A stretch of DNA of 44,277 nt, from the NCBI GenBank assembly GCA_035622235.1, contig DASPVS010000517.1, positions 1 through 44,277 on the forward strand. The letters run 5' to 3'. Shown piece after piece: positions 19,265-27,352 of this stretch. The notes under the pieces are model-generated. The model did no database searches, had not been told where the DNA came from, and worked only from the letters and a program-made list of their open reading frames with translations. Position 1 is the stretch's first letter; each line of letters begins with the position of its first letter. This DNA is from Acidimicrobiales bacterium. Its GTDB lineage: Bacteria; Actinomycetota; Acidimicrobiia; Acidimicrobiales; UBA8190. The position numbers and the translations under genes are program-made.

Positions 19265-20521
19265 TCAAACCGGAGGACGGACCTTGTACTCGTCCTTCCA
19301 CCACCTCGCCGTGCGCACCACCTCAGGGTCGGTGCGAACGGCCTCGTCCTGCCCGAGATCCGCGGGCGCAGGACCGACGCGGGAAGCGATGGGCTCGAGA
19401 GCTTCCAAGTCGAATCCGTAACAGCGGGCGGCGGTCTCCCCGAGTAGCTTGCGAGCGTCCTCCACCGGCACGTCGCAGAAATCGGAGCGCAACCGCGCGA
19501 CGGTGTTGGGCCAAGTCCCTTCGGGGTGGGGGTAATCGGTCCCCCACATCATCACGTCGCATCCGATCACGTACCTTCTGCGGATCTCTTCCTTCGACAT
19601 CGTCGAAGCACCGATGAAGATGTTCCGTCCGAAATAGTCCGAGGGCAGCATCGAGATCTTTCCTTTGAGAAGGGCCGCCATCTTGGCGGTCGTGTGCCCA
19701 CCCCCGAGGTACTGGTCCCACTTCCACATCATGTCGGCCGCCCAGTACGAGGCCGCTTCTGTCACGACGTACTTGAGACCGGGGAACCGCTCGAACGCAC
19801 CGGAGAACAACAGATGCCACATCGGCCGAGCCGCCCACCAAACGACTTCGGCCAGATAGATGCCGATGTTCTCGTTGTACTCCTCTTGAGGCGCCTCCCC
19901 TGAGTGGGTGTGGACCGGAAGCGCCGCCGCTTCACAAGCCGCCCACACCGGGTCGTAGTCGCGGTGGTTGTAAGGAAGGCGGTCATGCCACATCGTCGGG
20001 ATCATGATCCCTCTCACGCCCGGCTGATCAGCCAGCCATTCGATTTCCTTTACGGCCCTCCGAATGTCATGAGTGATGGGAACGAGCGCAACTCCCCCGC
20101 GCCTCTCGGGACTGTGGCTGCACAGATCGGCAAGAAAGCGGTTGTGCGCACGCGCTCCCGCAAACGCAAGCTCGGGATCCTCGATGGCGCCGGCGGAAAG
20201 CCCGGCGCCGAACGGCGGTGAGGCCATGCCGGTCACCGCGTCGGCGTCGGCGAACATCACCTCCGCGGACACACCGTCCGCGTCGAGCTCTTTGTCGCGT
20301 TGTGCAGGGTCGTAGGCACCGCGCAGACCCTCTTCGTGGTCGCTCTCCCAGCCCATGATGTAGTCGTAGTTCATCTGCAGCTGCTGGTCGCGGTGCGCGT
20401 TTCTCTCTGCCAAGTGCTCGTCGAACGCAGCGTGGTAACGGGCCTCGAGGTAAGGGCGGTACTGCTCGACGGGCAACCCGGCGTGCGTGTCCGCCGAAAT
20501 GATGACGTAGCGTTCGCCCAC
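19265..20521 (-). CDS. Amidohydrolase-2 (ACMSD-like metal-dependent hydrolase/decarboxylase) family protein
   Basis: YVIISADTHAG ... MWGTDYPHPEGTWPNT. Proposed GTG start at 20521, one nt after the upstream stop (20523-20525). Paralogous to 37260-38531. Confidence 0.8.
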   Translation of the reverse strand: MGERYVIISADTHAGLPVEQYRPYLEARYHAAFDEHLAERNAHRDQQLQMNYDYIMGWESDHEEGLRGAYDPAQRDKELDADGVSAEVMFADADAVTGMASPPFGAGLSAGAIEDPELAFAGARAHNRFLADLCSHSPERRGGVALVPITHDIRRAVKEIEWLADQPGVRGIMIPTMWHDRLPYNHRDYDPVWAACEAAALPVHTHSGEAPQEEYNENIGIYLAEVVWWAARPMWHLLFSGAFERFPGLKYVVTEAASYWAADMMWKWDQYLGGGHTTAKMAALLKGKISMLPSDYFGRNIFIGASTMSKEEIRRRYVIGCDVMMWGTDYPHPEGTWPNTVARLRSDFCDVPVEDARKLLGETAARCYGFDLEALEPIASRVGPAPADLGQDEAVRTDPEVVRTARWWKDEYKVRPPV

Positions 20522-20522
20522 C

Positions 20523-21299
20523 TCAGTCGTCCTTGTTGCCCAGTACCGAAAGATCGTCGTAACGCTGGTGGAGATATGGCCCAAGATCCGCGCGCGGCAC
20601 GGTCGCGACGATCCTCCCGACTTGCGACGACGTGCGCTCTGTCCAGTTGATGTCGACGATGCGCCGCACGACGAGGTCAGCTATCGGATCGAGAGGCGAG
20701 TCCTTCAGAACGAGGTCTCCGTCCACGCCCTCGTGAAGCCTGGCGTTCTCGACTTTTTCGCCGTACACGAGCAGCGGATCCTGGTCCAGTGCGCCAACCA
20801 TTTCCGCCGAGGGGGAAAGTTTGAACCAGAAGTCGACTTTGTGCTTCTCATAAGGTTCGCGTCGTTCGGCGATCCGACCTCGGATCTCGCAGACGGTGAA
20901 GCCCATGCGGGAGACTCCCGCGTCGATCTGGTCTCCTTCGCGCTTGGCCCAGACTTCGGCGAGCTTCTTTGGCTCTCCGTAGGTCTCGCGCCCTCCCACC
21001 GTGGACTGTTCGGTTGTCATGGGCATGAACAACGGGTACTCCCCCACCCGGTCTCCGTGCCTCGCCTGTACCCCGAACCAGCCCGCTCCGAAACCGGGCA
21101 TCCCGGGAATTTCGACGGACGTGATTGTCAACCGGACCAAAGGCTCCGGTCCCGGCTTCAGTGGTGGCGGCAAGACCGCGGCGACGAGATCGGGATCGGT
21201 CTCGTAGATCGCGGTCGCAGCCTGGGACCAGATCGCGGACGAAGAAGCCTCCATTTCGCGGCTGCGCTGCTCGTGGCGTGGCGCGTAGCGGATCTGCAT
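20523..21299 (-). CDS. Acetoacetate decarboxylase (ADC) family protein
   Basis: ATG at 21299 (MQIRYAP), preceded by GGGAGG. Contains the TYGEPKK motif and ADC-like length and pattern. Confidence 0.75.
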   Translation of the reverse strand: MQIRYAPRHEQRSREMEASSSAIWSQAATAIYETDPDLVAAVLPPPLKPGPEPLVRLTITSVEIPGMPGFGAGWFGVQARHGDRVGEYPLFMPMTTEQSTVGGRETYGEPKKLAEVWAKREGDQIDAGVSRMGFTVCEIRGRIAERREPYEKHKVDFWFKLSPSAEMVGALDQDPLLVYGEKVENARLHEGVDGDLVLKDSPLDPIADLVVRRIVDINWTERTSSQVGRIVATVPRADLGPYLHQRYDDLSVLGNKDD

Positions 21300-21408
21300 G
21301 AGCGAGCCTCCCTTGTCGGCTGGTTCAAAGCGATCGATGCCCAAAGGTGACCCAGGCTCGTTCGCTTGATCGCGGCTGCTTGAACACTGTTACATGTCTT
21401 GGTGCCCG

Positions 21409-21428
21409 TGTCGAGCACATGGTCGACA
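21409..21428. promoter_or_regulatory. Imperfect 20-bp palindrome TGTCGAGCACATGGTCGACA, candidate TetR operator
   Basis: 8 of 10 symmetric positions pair. It lies 38 nt upstream of the tetR start and about 110 nt upstream of the divergent ADC operon. Confidence 0.4.
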
Positions 21429-21465
21429 GACGAGGCGACAACCGACTTATGACTAGTGTGCGCAG

Positions 21466-22134
21466 GTGGCGCGGACTTTGACGAAGGCCCAGATCTCGGC
21501 CGACGCTGGCACCCGACAACGCCTCATCGACGTGACGCGTGCTTTCGTCCAGTCCCAGGCAGGTGAAGATCTCGCGGGCCTGAGCGTGCGAAAGATCGCC
21601 GCCGAAGCAGGCGTGGCGCCCACGTCGCTCTATTGGCACTTCGGAAATCGCAGAGGTCTGCTCGACGCCGCACTGGATGCGATGATCGCCGACTTACCAT
21701 CTTTGGTCGTACGGGGAACCACGCCCAGGCGTCGGATACTTTCGCTGTGTCTTTCGATGCGCGACCAGGTAAAGGCGGCGGAGCCTGCACACCGGCTGGC
21801 ACAGGAGCTCGGTCGTGTCGCAGAGTTGTCGGTTCCCGCCCAGGTGCTCCTCGCGCGCGAAGTTTCGGCTGCCGGCTTCACGGGACCGAGAGCGCTCCAA
21901 GCAACACGCTCGGTCCTTTTCGTGGTGGGAGGTTTGATCCTCATCGAAGACCACTACCGTCATCGACGTCCCGGAGGGCCGAGCAGCCAAGAAATCTGGC
22001 AATCGATCGAAGACCCCGAAGTCGATTCCGCTCTGCGCACAGCGATGACGAGCTCGGAGGACAGCGACGCTCTTTTCGCCTTCACGGTCGAGCGCCTCCT
22101 CGATGGGATATTCGCCCGATGCCCGGACCGATGA
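21466..22134 (+). CDS. TetR-family transcriptional regulator
   Basis: HTH LSVRKIAAEAGVAPTSLYWHFGNRRGLLDAAL. Divergent from the ADC operon. Confidence 0.9.
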   Translation: MARTLTKAQISADAGTRQRLIDVTRAFVQSQAGEDLAGLSVRKIAAEAGVAPTSLYWHFGNRRGLLDAALDAMIADLPSLVVRGTTPRRRILSLCLSMRDQVKAAEPAHRLAQELGRVAELSVPAQVLLAREVSAAGFTGPRALQATRSVLFVVGGLILIEDHYRHRRPGGPSSQEIWQSIEDPEVDSALRTAMTSSEDSDALFAFTVERLLDGIFARCPDR

Positions 22135-22437
22135 GAGTTTGAGTGGCTTCGCCTACATCTTGGCTGAAAAGACCAAGCCAGAGGCATAGTTTGTGAGGCG
22201 AAATCTTGCGTTGGAGGCGTTTGGCTGATACCGGTCAGTTCTACGTCCGTAGAGCCGTTGCCCAAATGGCGCATCTCCGGCAATCCCGATCGCTTGGGAC
22301 CCAGCGCCCGCCATCGGTACCAGGCTGGGAGGATTCGAGCTCGTTTCAGCTCGTCCGTGTTCGTCGCTACAGACAAGGTTCGACCGAAATGGTATGCAGG
22401 TCAGACGTATAAGGGTCCTTCATATATGGAGGTCGAA

Positions 22438-22593
22438 ATGGCGGATTCCCGGAAGTTGCTGACCTATTTCGTTTCGAGCACGATCGCCGCTTCGGCGATC
22501 GTCGCCGTGACCACCGTATCAATCGCGTCTGCGGAGCCGCACGGCCAGCAATGTCGAGCGGTCGGCGCGTCCCAAAATCGGAGGCTCATCTGA
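22438..22593 (+). CDS. Small (51-aa) putative exported peptide
   Basis: ATG preceded by GGAGG. MADSRKLLTYFVSSTIAASAIVAVTTVSIASAEP looks like a signal peptide. Short, so weakly supported. Confidence 0.35.
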   Translation: MADSRKLLTYFVSSTIAASAIVAVTTVSIASAEPHGQQCRAVGASQNRRLI

Positions 22594-22717
22594 ACCACGT
22601 CGGGCAAATCCTTCGCGAACAATTGACCCAGAGTCCGCCGTCTCGGCGTTGTCTGCGTGCGACACCCATGGAACAGTGTCGACAAACCAACAACGGTGAT
22701 CAAAGGAGGTCGTTGTA

Positions 22718-23500
22718 ATGAGTCTTAATGTTCCTCGCTCTCGCTCGGTCCTGCTTCACTTGGTTGTGGCCGTCACAGCGCTGGCAGGCGCCGCTATCGC
22801 CATTAGCGGTAACGCCAACGCGTCCATTGCTGCCGCGAAGAACACAAGGCATACGGGTATCGCCCTTGTCGCTGAAGAATCGCAGTTTCTCGCTGGCTAC
22901 CAGATCGCCCCGACCGGGGGGTTGGCCAGCGCCAGCGTAACCTTCACTGTGCCCTCGTTCACATGCACGACTGGCGAGGACAACGCCCTCGCGGAGCAAT
23001 TTGACGGTGTCTACACTGACCAGGAACCGCTCTACGCTTTTGTCACCGAACAGTGTTACAGCTCATTTGGCGCCCGGTATATGTATGCGTTTGGGGCGGG
23101 CACGTGCTGTTACTTTTCAGAAACCGGAGTCGCAGCCGGCGATGTCGTTGTCACTTCGATATTCCAGTCCGGCAGCTCGACTTACGCCGAGATTCACGAT
23201 CTCACGAATGGTGCCTATTGGTTCGCGGATAGTGCGGGGAACTTAGGATTCACGACTGCCGATATCGGTAGCCAAGTTGCAAGCGAACAGGGTGGTGAAC
23301 CGGCGCCCAACTTCAAGAAGATCAAATTCTGGAACGCCACCGTGAACGGAGACTACCTGGGCTTCGACCAGCCGACTCAGTACGACGCGTACATCGGGAG
23401 TGATCTCGCCGCCGAGAGCAGTTCATTGACGACCAACGTGAATGGCTCAACGTTCACGGTTTCGAAGTACAACCCAAGGAGTTGTCGGGCCTGTGGCTGA
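22718..23500 (+). CDS. Secreted protein, possibly a divergent peptidase G1/A4-like (concanavalin-like) fold
   Basis: ATG preceded by AAGGAGG, followed by a signal peptide. FLAGYQI...VTFTVPSFTC resembles the NWAGY...TWTVP..C opening of G1 glutamic peptidases. The catalytic residues are not evident. Confidence 0.6.
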   Translation: MSLNVPRSRSVLLHLVVAVTALAGAAIAISGNANASIAAAKNTRHTGIALVAEESQFLAGYQIAPTGGLASASVTFTVPSFTCTTGEDNALAEQFDGVYTDQEPLYAFVTEQCYSSFGARYMYAFGAGTCCYFSETGVAAGDVVVTSIFQSGSSTYAEIHDLTNGAYWFADSAGNLGFTTADIGSQVASEQGGEPAPNFKKIKFWNATVNGDYLGFDQPTQYDAYIGSDLAAESSSLTTNVNGSTFTVSKYNPRSCRACG

Positions 23501-23580
23501 ATCAAAAGGGCCAAAGCAGGGCTGAGCCCTTCAACTACCCAGACCGGATGTGAAATCGGGCGACAGATGACCCGCGCGCA

Positions 23581-23697
23581 AGGTGCCGTGTGCGGTCCGA
23601 CCGCTCGGAGGCCAAACCGTCCTGTAATCACAGCTGTTCGCTGATCCGGTCGGTGTCACCCTGCACTGAGGACACCCGAAGTACCCCATCTCGGCCC
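23581..23697 (+). repeat. Island repeat, copy 1
   Basis: 5' AGGTGCCGTGTG; GATCC at 23643 (+60 from GTG); 3' end degenerate (CTCGGCC at 23690-23696). Internal hairpin GGTGTC...GACACC. Confidence 0.65.
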
Positions 23698-23747
23698 GTC
23701 CAGTGCGGTCCTACTGCCACAGGTGCCCGCGAGTTTGTCGTGACGCG

Positions 23748-24647
23748 CTAAGTGCCCTTACGAAGCTGCTCCCGCAGTTTCTCTGATGTGAAGCTGTTCG
23801 GTCGGGTTGTCTTGAGGAAGTCCACCAGGATCTCGACGAATCGGACGGGTTCCTCGACGTGGGGGTAGTGACCAACACCCTTCATGATCGCCAAGCGACT
23901 GTTTGGTATCAGCTCGTGAGCCCGGTAAGCGTGGATTAGGGGGATGATCCTGTCCCTGTCGCCCCAGACGATCAGAGTCGGCATGTTCGACGCCAGATAG
24001 AGGCGATCCATGGCGCTCACAGACTGGCCGCCCGGATCGATCACGGCACGCATCGTCCGGATGAACGCTTGGCGATTAGCGGGTTCGGTGAGTGAGGCGA
24101 AAGATCCCCAAATCTCTGTGGCGCGGGCATCGCGAATACCCAGGTTCCGGAGGAAGCCAACAATCGAGTCCCCCACGTCCCGCAGCGGCAGAGAGAAGAT
24201 CAACGGCAGGACGTACTCAGCGGCGGGCAGGGTAACGAGTCGGAGAATCCAGCTCACCTCACGCCCCAGGCCCCCCGCATCGACCAGGACCAGCCGCTCA
24301 CATCGCTCGGGAAACTGGTAGGCAAACTGCATCGCCACCCCGCCGCCGAAGGACTGGCCTATAACCGTGGCCCGTTCGATGTTGAGGACGTGTAGGAAGT
24401 CGCGCATCCCTGCTGCATGGTTGCCGAGCGAATAGTCCCCAAGGGGCTTGGCCGACCGGCCATGACCGAGGAAGTCGGGGGCCAGCACCGTGTAGTCGCG
24501 ACGAAGGAGTTCCATAGCGGGCACCCACGTCTGGGAACTGCCAGCGATCCCGTGCAGCAGAAGGAGGACGGGTCCCTTGCCCGCACGCCGATAGGCGACG
24601 TCATAACCATGGAGGGTGAGGCGCTCCACAGGGAACTCGTCGGTCAT
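23748..24647 (-). CDS. Alpha/beta hydrolase
   Basis: HGIAGSS oxyanion region and nucleophile elbow GQSFGG. Start taken at the ATG at 24647 (MTDEFPVERL). The ORF-track extension to 24806 is Arg-rich. Confidence 0.8.
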   Translation of the reverse strand: MTDEFPVERLTLHGYDVAYRRAGKGPVLLLLHGIAGSSQTWVPAMELLRRDYTVLAPDFLGHGRSAKPLGDYSLGNHAAGMRDFLHVLNIERATVIGQSFGGGVAMQFAYQFPERCERLVLVDAGGLGREVSWILRLVTLPAAEYVLPLIFSLPLRDVGDSIVGFLRNLGIRDARATEIWGSFASLTEPANRQAFIRTMRAVIDPGGQSVSAMDRLYLASNMPTLIVWGDRDRIIPLIHAYRAHELIPNSRLAIMKGVGHYPHVEEPVRFVEILVDFLKTTRPNSFTSEKLREQLRKGT

Positions 24648-24811
24648 GGTTGCCACAGACTCCACAGCCTCATCGTCCCGAGAGCCGGGCCGAATCCACA
24701 GGATATTTGCGTCAATTGTCGTGCGCCACGCCACGCCCGTCGTGGACCTCGACTTCATGTGGCCACAGATGGGGTGGCGCGGCGACTGGGAGGGTCGACG
24801 TACCATCCACT

Positions 24812-24928
24812 AAGTGCCGTGTGAGGACGGTCGCGAGTCCCAGAGAGCTTCACGGTATTCACATCTCCGAGTGATCCTGAGCGCTTCAGCTCTCCATGAG
24901 GTTCGAAGGCCCGTAGCACGAACCGGCA
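24812..24928 (+). repeat. Island repeat, copy 2 (subfamily A)
   Basis: AAGTGCCGTGTGAGGACGG...; GATCC at 24873 (+59); CATGAGG at +80; CCGGCA at 24923-24928. About 75% identical to copy 9 by eye. Confidence 0.8.
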
Positions 24929-24981
24929 AAGTTGAACGGGTTGGACTGATGTCTCAATTGTGGGCAAGTCCGAATGCGGGG

Positions 24982-25524
24982 CTAGTGATCACCGTGACCG
25001 CCGCAGCCATGACCCCCACCTCCGCACCCACCTCCAACCGAGCCCGTTCCCGCGATTTCACCGGTGATCATTCGATACTCACCCCGATTGGTTAGCCGCC
25101 CCTGTTTTGGAAGCTCCTTGGGAACGAGAGGCAGCAGGCTATGCCTGACGCAAGTGGCGCTGTCGGACGGCCGATGGACTTCGTTGCCACAACTGAGCAC
25201 CCAACGTTGGCCGTCGTCGAGGCCTAGTTCGTCGTCCACTTTGAAGAGGACAGGGAGTCGTGACGGGGAGCGCGGAGGGATCGCTTCGTCTCGGCATGCC
25301 AAAGCGAAGGTCAGGGCCATCGCTTCGCCATTGAGTTGCACCGCTTCATCGTTCGACATCGCTCTTTCGGGCCTGTGATGAAGGAATCTGCCGTAAGCGT
25401 GAGAGCAGAACGCGTGGTACTCGTCAGTGTCGAGGATGAACTCGTGCCAGAGATCGTCTACGGCCCGAGATGGCATGCCGAGGAGGTCTTGGGTGACAAG
25501 GTGGAGCCGAAGCCACTGACGCAA
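24982..25524 (-). CDS. Glycine-rich-domain (GRDP-like) protein with a Gly/Cys/His-rich C-terminal tail
   Basis: VDDLWHEFILDTDEYHAFC...FLHH core. C-terminal GTGSVGGGCGGGGHGCGGHGDH. The start is a TTG at 25524 (uncertain); the alternative is the ATG at 25476. Confidence 0.6.
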   Translation of the reverse strand: MRQWLRLHLVTQDLLGMPSRAVDDLWHEFILDTDEYHAFCSHAYGRFLHHRPERAMSNDEAVQLNGEAMALTFALACRDEAIPPRSPSRLPVLFKVDDELGLDDGQRWVLSCGNEVHRPSDSATCVRHSLLPLVPKELPKQGRLTNRGEYRMITGEIAGTGSVGGGCGGGGHGCGGHGDH

Positions 25525-25546
25525 ACCCTGTTTTGCTAAACCTATT

Positions 25547-25600
25547 GATGATCCCGTGATTCCACGTCGGCTTCGGAGTTCATCGCAATCGAGTTCGGCA
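25547..25600 (+). repeat. Island repeat, partial copy (3' half only)
   Basis: GATGATCCCGTGATTCC ... TCGGCA, with GATCC at 25550 and CGGCA ending at 25600 (spacing 45 vs 50-51 in full copies). The 5' half is not recognisable and abuts the start of the preceding CDS. Confidence 0.4.
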
Positions 25601-25713
25601 GCTCGTAACGAGCCAGGAACTCGGCCCTCTGAACCTTCGTTCTGAACCCTAGAACCACCTGTCCAGCCTATTTCGTGCTCGCGTCATAGACAGCCGGACA
25701 GGCCGTTATCGCG

Positions 25714-26103
25714 CTACGGCGGAGGTCCGAACCTCTGGAACCGCGCCACGAGTTCAGGATCTTCCTCCGAGTCGTACCACACACAACGTAAGGCAGTCTG
25801 GAATCTTGGATTGCGTCGAGCAGCAGCATCTATGGCATCGGCGAAGTCGGCTCCGTGCAGCCGAATGAGATCCTCCAGAGGACCGCAACCCAAGTAGCAC
25901 GCCGCTCGATCGTTGGGGGCAGCGTCAGCAAGCGCGACGATGAGCTCGATGATCCCGGCGTCCCCATCCAGTACCGCATCGTTGACTCGCTCCCACGCCC
26001 AGAACAAGCGGGCGGCATCCCGACGAACCGTGGGATCAGGATTCTCGTAGAGGGCCTGATAGCGCCAGTAGGCATTGACGAGCGCCGACGAGACAGAAGC
26101 CAC
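25714..26103 (-). CDS. Hypothetical all-alpha protein
   Basis: 129-aa ORF with coding-like composition (LGCGPLEDLIRLHGADFADAIDAAARRNPRFQTALRCVW). No confident family assignment. Confidence 0.55.
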   Translation of the reverse strand: MASVSSALVNAYWRYQALYENPDPTVRRDAARLFWAWERVNDAVLDGDAGIIELIVALADAAPNDRAACYLGCGPLEDLIRLHGADFADAIDAAARRNPRFQTALRCVWYDSEEDPELVARFQRFGPPP

Positions 26104-26161
26104 CTACCTGTTATCGGCTCTCGACCGGGCTCGTCTGTAATCAAGGTCCGGACTGCTCGAA

Positions 26162-26277
26162 AGGTGCCGTACCGGCTCGGCCTCGCAGTGGGGCACCCCG
26201 TACTGGATCACGCAGGGAGGGTCATACCGGGATGGCCTGGTCCTCGGAGCCTCCAGGCCCAGCGCTGATCAGGGCAC
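26162..26277 (+). repeat. Island repeat, copy 4 (divergent interior)
   Basis: AAGGTGCCGT at the 5' end, GGGCAC at the 3' end, at the family-typical length (about 114 nt). 7-bp hairpin GGCCTGG...CCAGGCC in the 3' arm. The central GATCC landmark is absent. Confidence 0.5.
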
Positions 26278-26325
26278 CCATCCAAGCGATTGAGGGGGTA
26301 GTTCTGGGGGTCTCTCCTCGATCGA

Positions 26326-26949
26326 GTGCGGCCTGAACGCCGCATCACTCCGACGAGGGATCATGGACCGGTGGTACTCATCCTCGGTGTCCTTGCAGTG
26401 GTGCTGACTGTGGCTCGCAGCTGGCCGCAATTCATCCGCATTGTCGTAAAACGCGACAACACCGGCGTCTCAGTTCTCACCTGGATGCTTGTCATGACCG
26501 CACATCTGGGATGGCTCATGTATGGAATTCTCGATCATGTCGTACTGCTCGTCATCGTGAACACCTTGTGTGCCTTGGGATGTGCTGCCATCCTCTTGCG
26601 CCTCCGGCCGCTGCAGTACTTGCTCGTACCTGTGGTCGGGATGCCCCTTGCATCGGTGGCCCTCTATGGGATCTCGAACGGAGCGCTGCTGGCTACTGTC
26701 ATCGGCTTATCGCTTGTCATGTTCGTTCCACAGGTCCTGACGGTGTTCCGAGCGCCCCATCACGGCGTGTCCCCGCTCACATGGGCACTGTCGGCGTTGT
26801 CGTCGATTACATGGATCTCATGGTCAATCATGGTGGGAAGACCTCTTCTTGCCGCTGCTCACTACGTCATGCTGCCGATAGCGCTCGCCATCTTGGGGAA
26901 GACCCTACGACGGAGCCCTGTTATAGCCTCCGAAGCCATCACGCCGTAA
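26326..26949 (+). CDS. PQ-loop repeat membrane protein (SWEET/PQ-loop-like)
   Basis: Two internal repeats, each with a PQ motif: SWPQFIRIVVKRDNTGVSVLTW and FVPQVLTVFRAPHHGVSPLTW. About 6-7 TM helices. Confidence 0.7.
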   Translation: MRPERRITPTRDHGPVVLILGVLAVVLTVARSWPQFIRIVVKRDNTGVSVLTWMLVMTAHLGWLMYGILDHVVLLVIVNTLCALGCAAILLRLRPLQYLLVPVVGMPLASVALYGISNGALLATVIGLSLVMFVPQVLTVFRAPHHGVSPLTWALSALSSITWISWSIMVGRPLLAAAHYVMLPIALAILGKTLRRSPVIASEAITP

Positions 26950-27088
26950 GCGGCGGGTTGGCCGTTTAGCGTGCAGGCGAGCTTTCTGGGTCTACCGACA
27001 CGGCATATTTGTAAGGGCGGGGCCATGCCCGACGGGCGCATGCCGCCGGATAATGCGGCCTTGAAAAACGAAGTGGACCGACCGGGAT

Positions 27089-27203
27089 ATGCCGTGGTCG
27101 CGCACTTCGGATTGATGTCGACCCGAGCTGTAACGACACGGCCGAACGATCCGGCGTGATTCGATGGTCTCCTGCCAATTCGGGACGGTACCCACCACCG
27201 GCA
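27089..27203 (+). repeat. Island repeat, copy 5 (subfamily B)
   Basis: ATGCCGTGGTCGCGCAC...; GATCC at 27148 (+59); CCGGCA at 27198-27203. The first ~50 nt differ from copy 6 at only 2 positions. Confidence 0.85.
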
Positions 27204-27352
27204 TTCTCGCTCGGTTATTCGCACACTTCTCGTCTTTTGGGGACTGTAACTATCGGTTCCCCGGTTCACCGACGAGCAGTAGCGGACTGCGCGAGCTGGT
27301 TGTACCGTTGTCCAAGGTTCTCCTGGCCTTTGGCGGGACAAAGGAGGCGGGT

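Noticed and set aside
22201-22345. Possible extra repeat copy at the left edge of the island (GAGCCGTTGCCC...CCGGCAATCCCGATCGC)
   Set aside because: The landmark words are present, but at the wrong order and spacing (CCGGCA at +27, GATCG at +36). I could not align it to any subfamily.
24812-24928. Known structured RNAs for the repeat: group II intron 5' end (GUGYG), ykkC/guanidine-I, cobalamin, TPP, c-di-AMP and SRP motifs
   Set aside because: The element starts GUGCC, not GUGYG, and has no domain V/VI or RT ORF. Similarity to the riboswitch cores I remember is limited to 4-6-nt words. The fixed + orientation regardless of gene strand argues against a 5'-UTR riboswitch.
26971-27159. 62-aa ORF, and the matching reading frame in copy 28885, encoding ...AVVAH(F/L)GLMSTRAVTTRP across subfamily B repeats
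   Set aside because: The copies share no start codon or SD. The frame is open only because the DNA is nearly identical. Conservation ends where the nucleotide identity ends, so these are more simply non-coding repeats.
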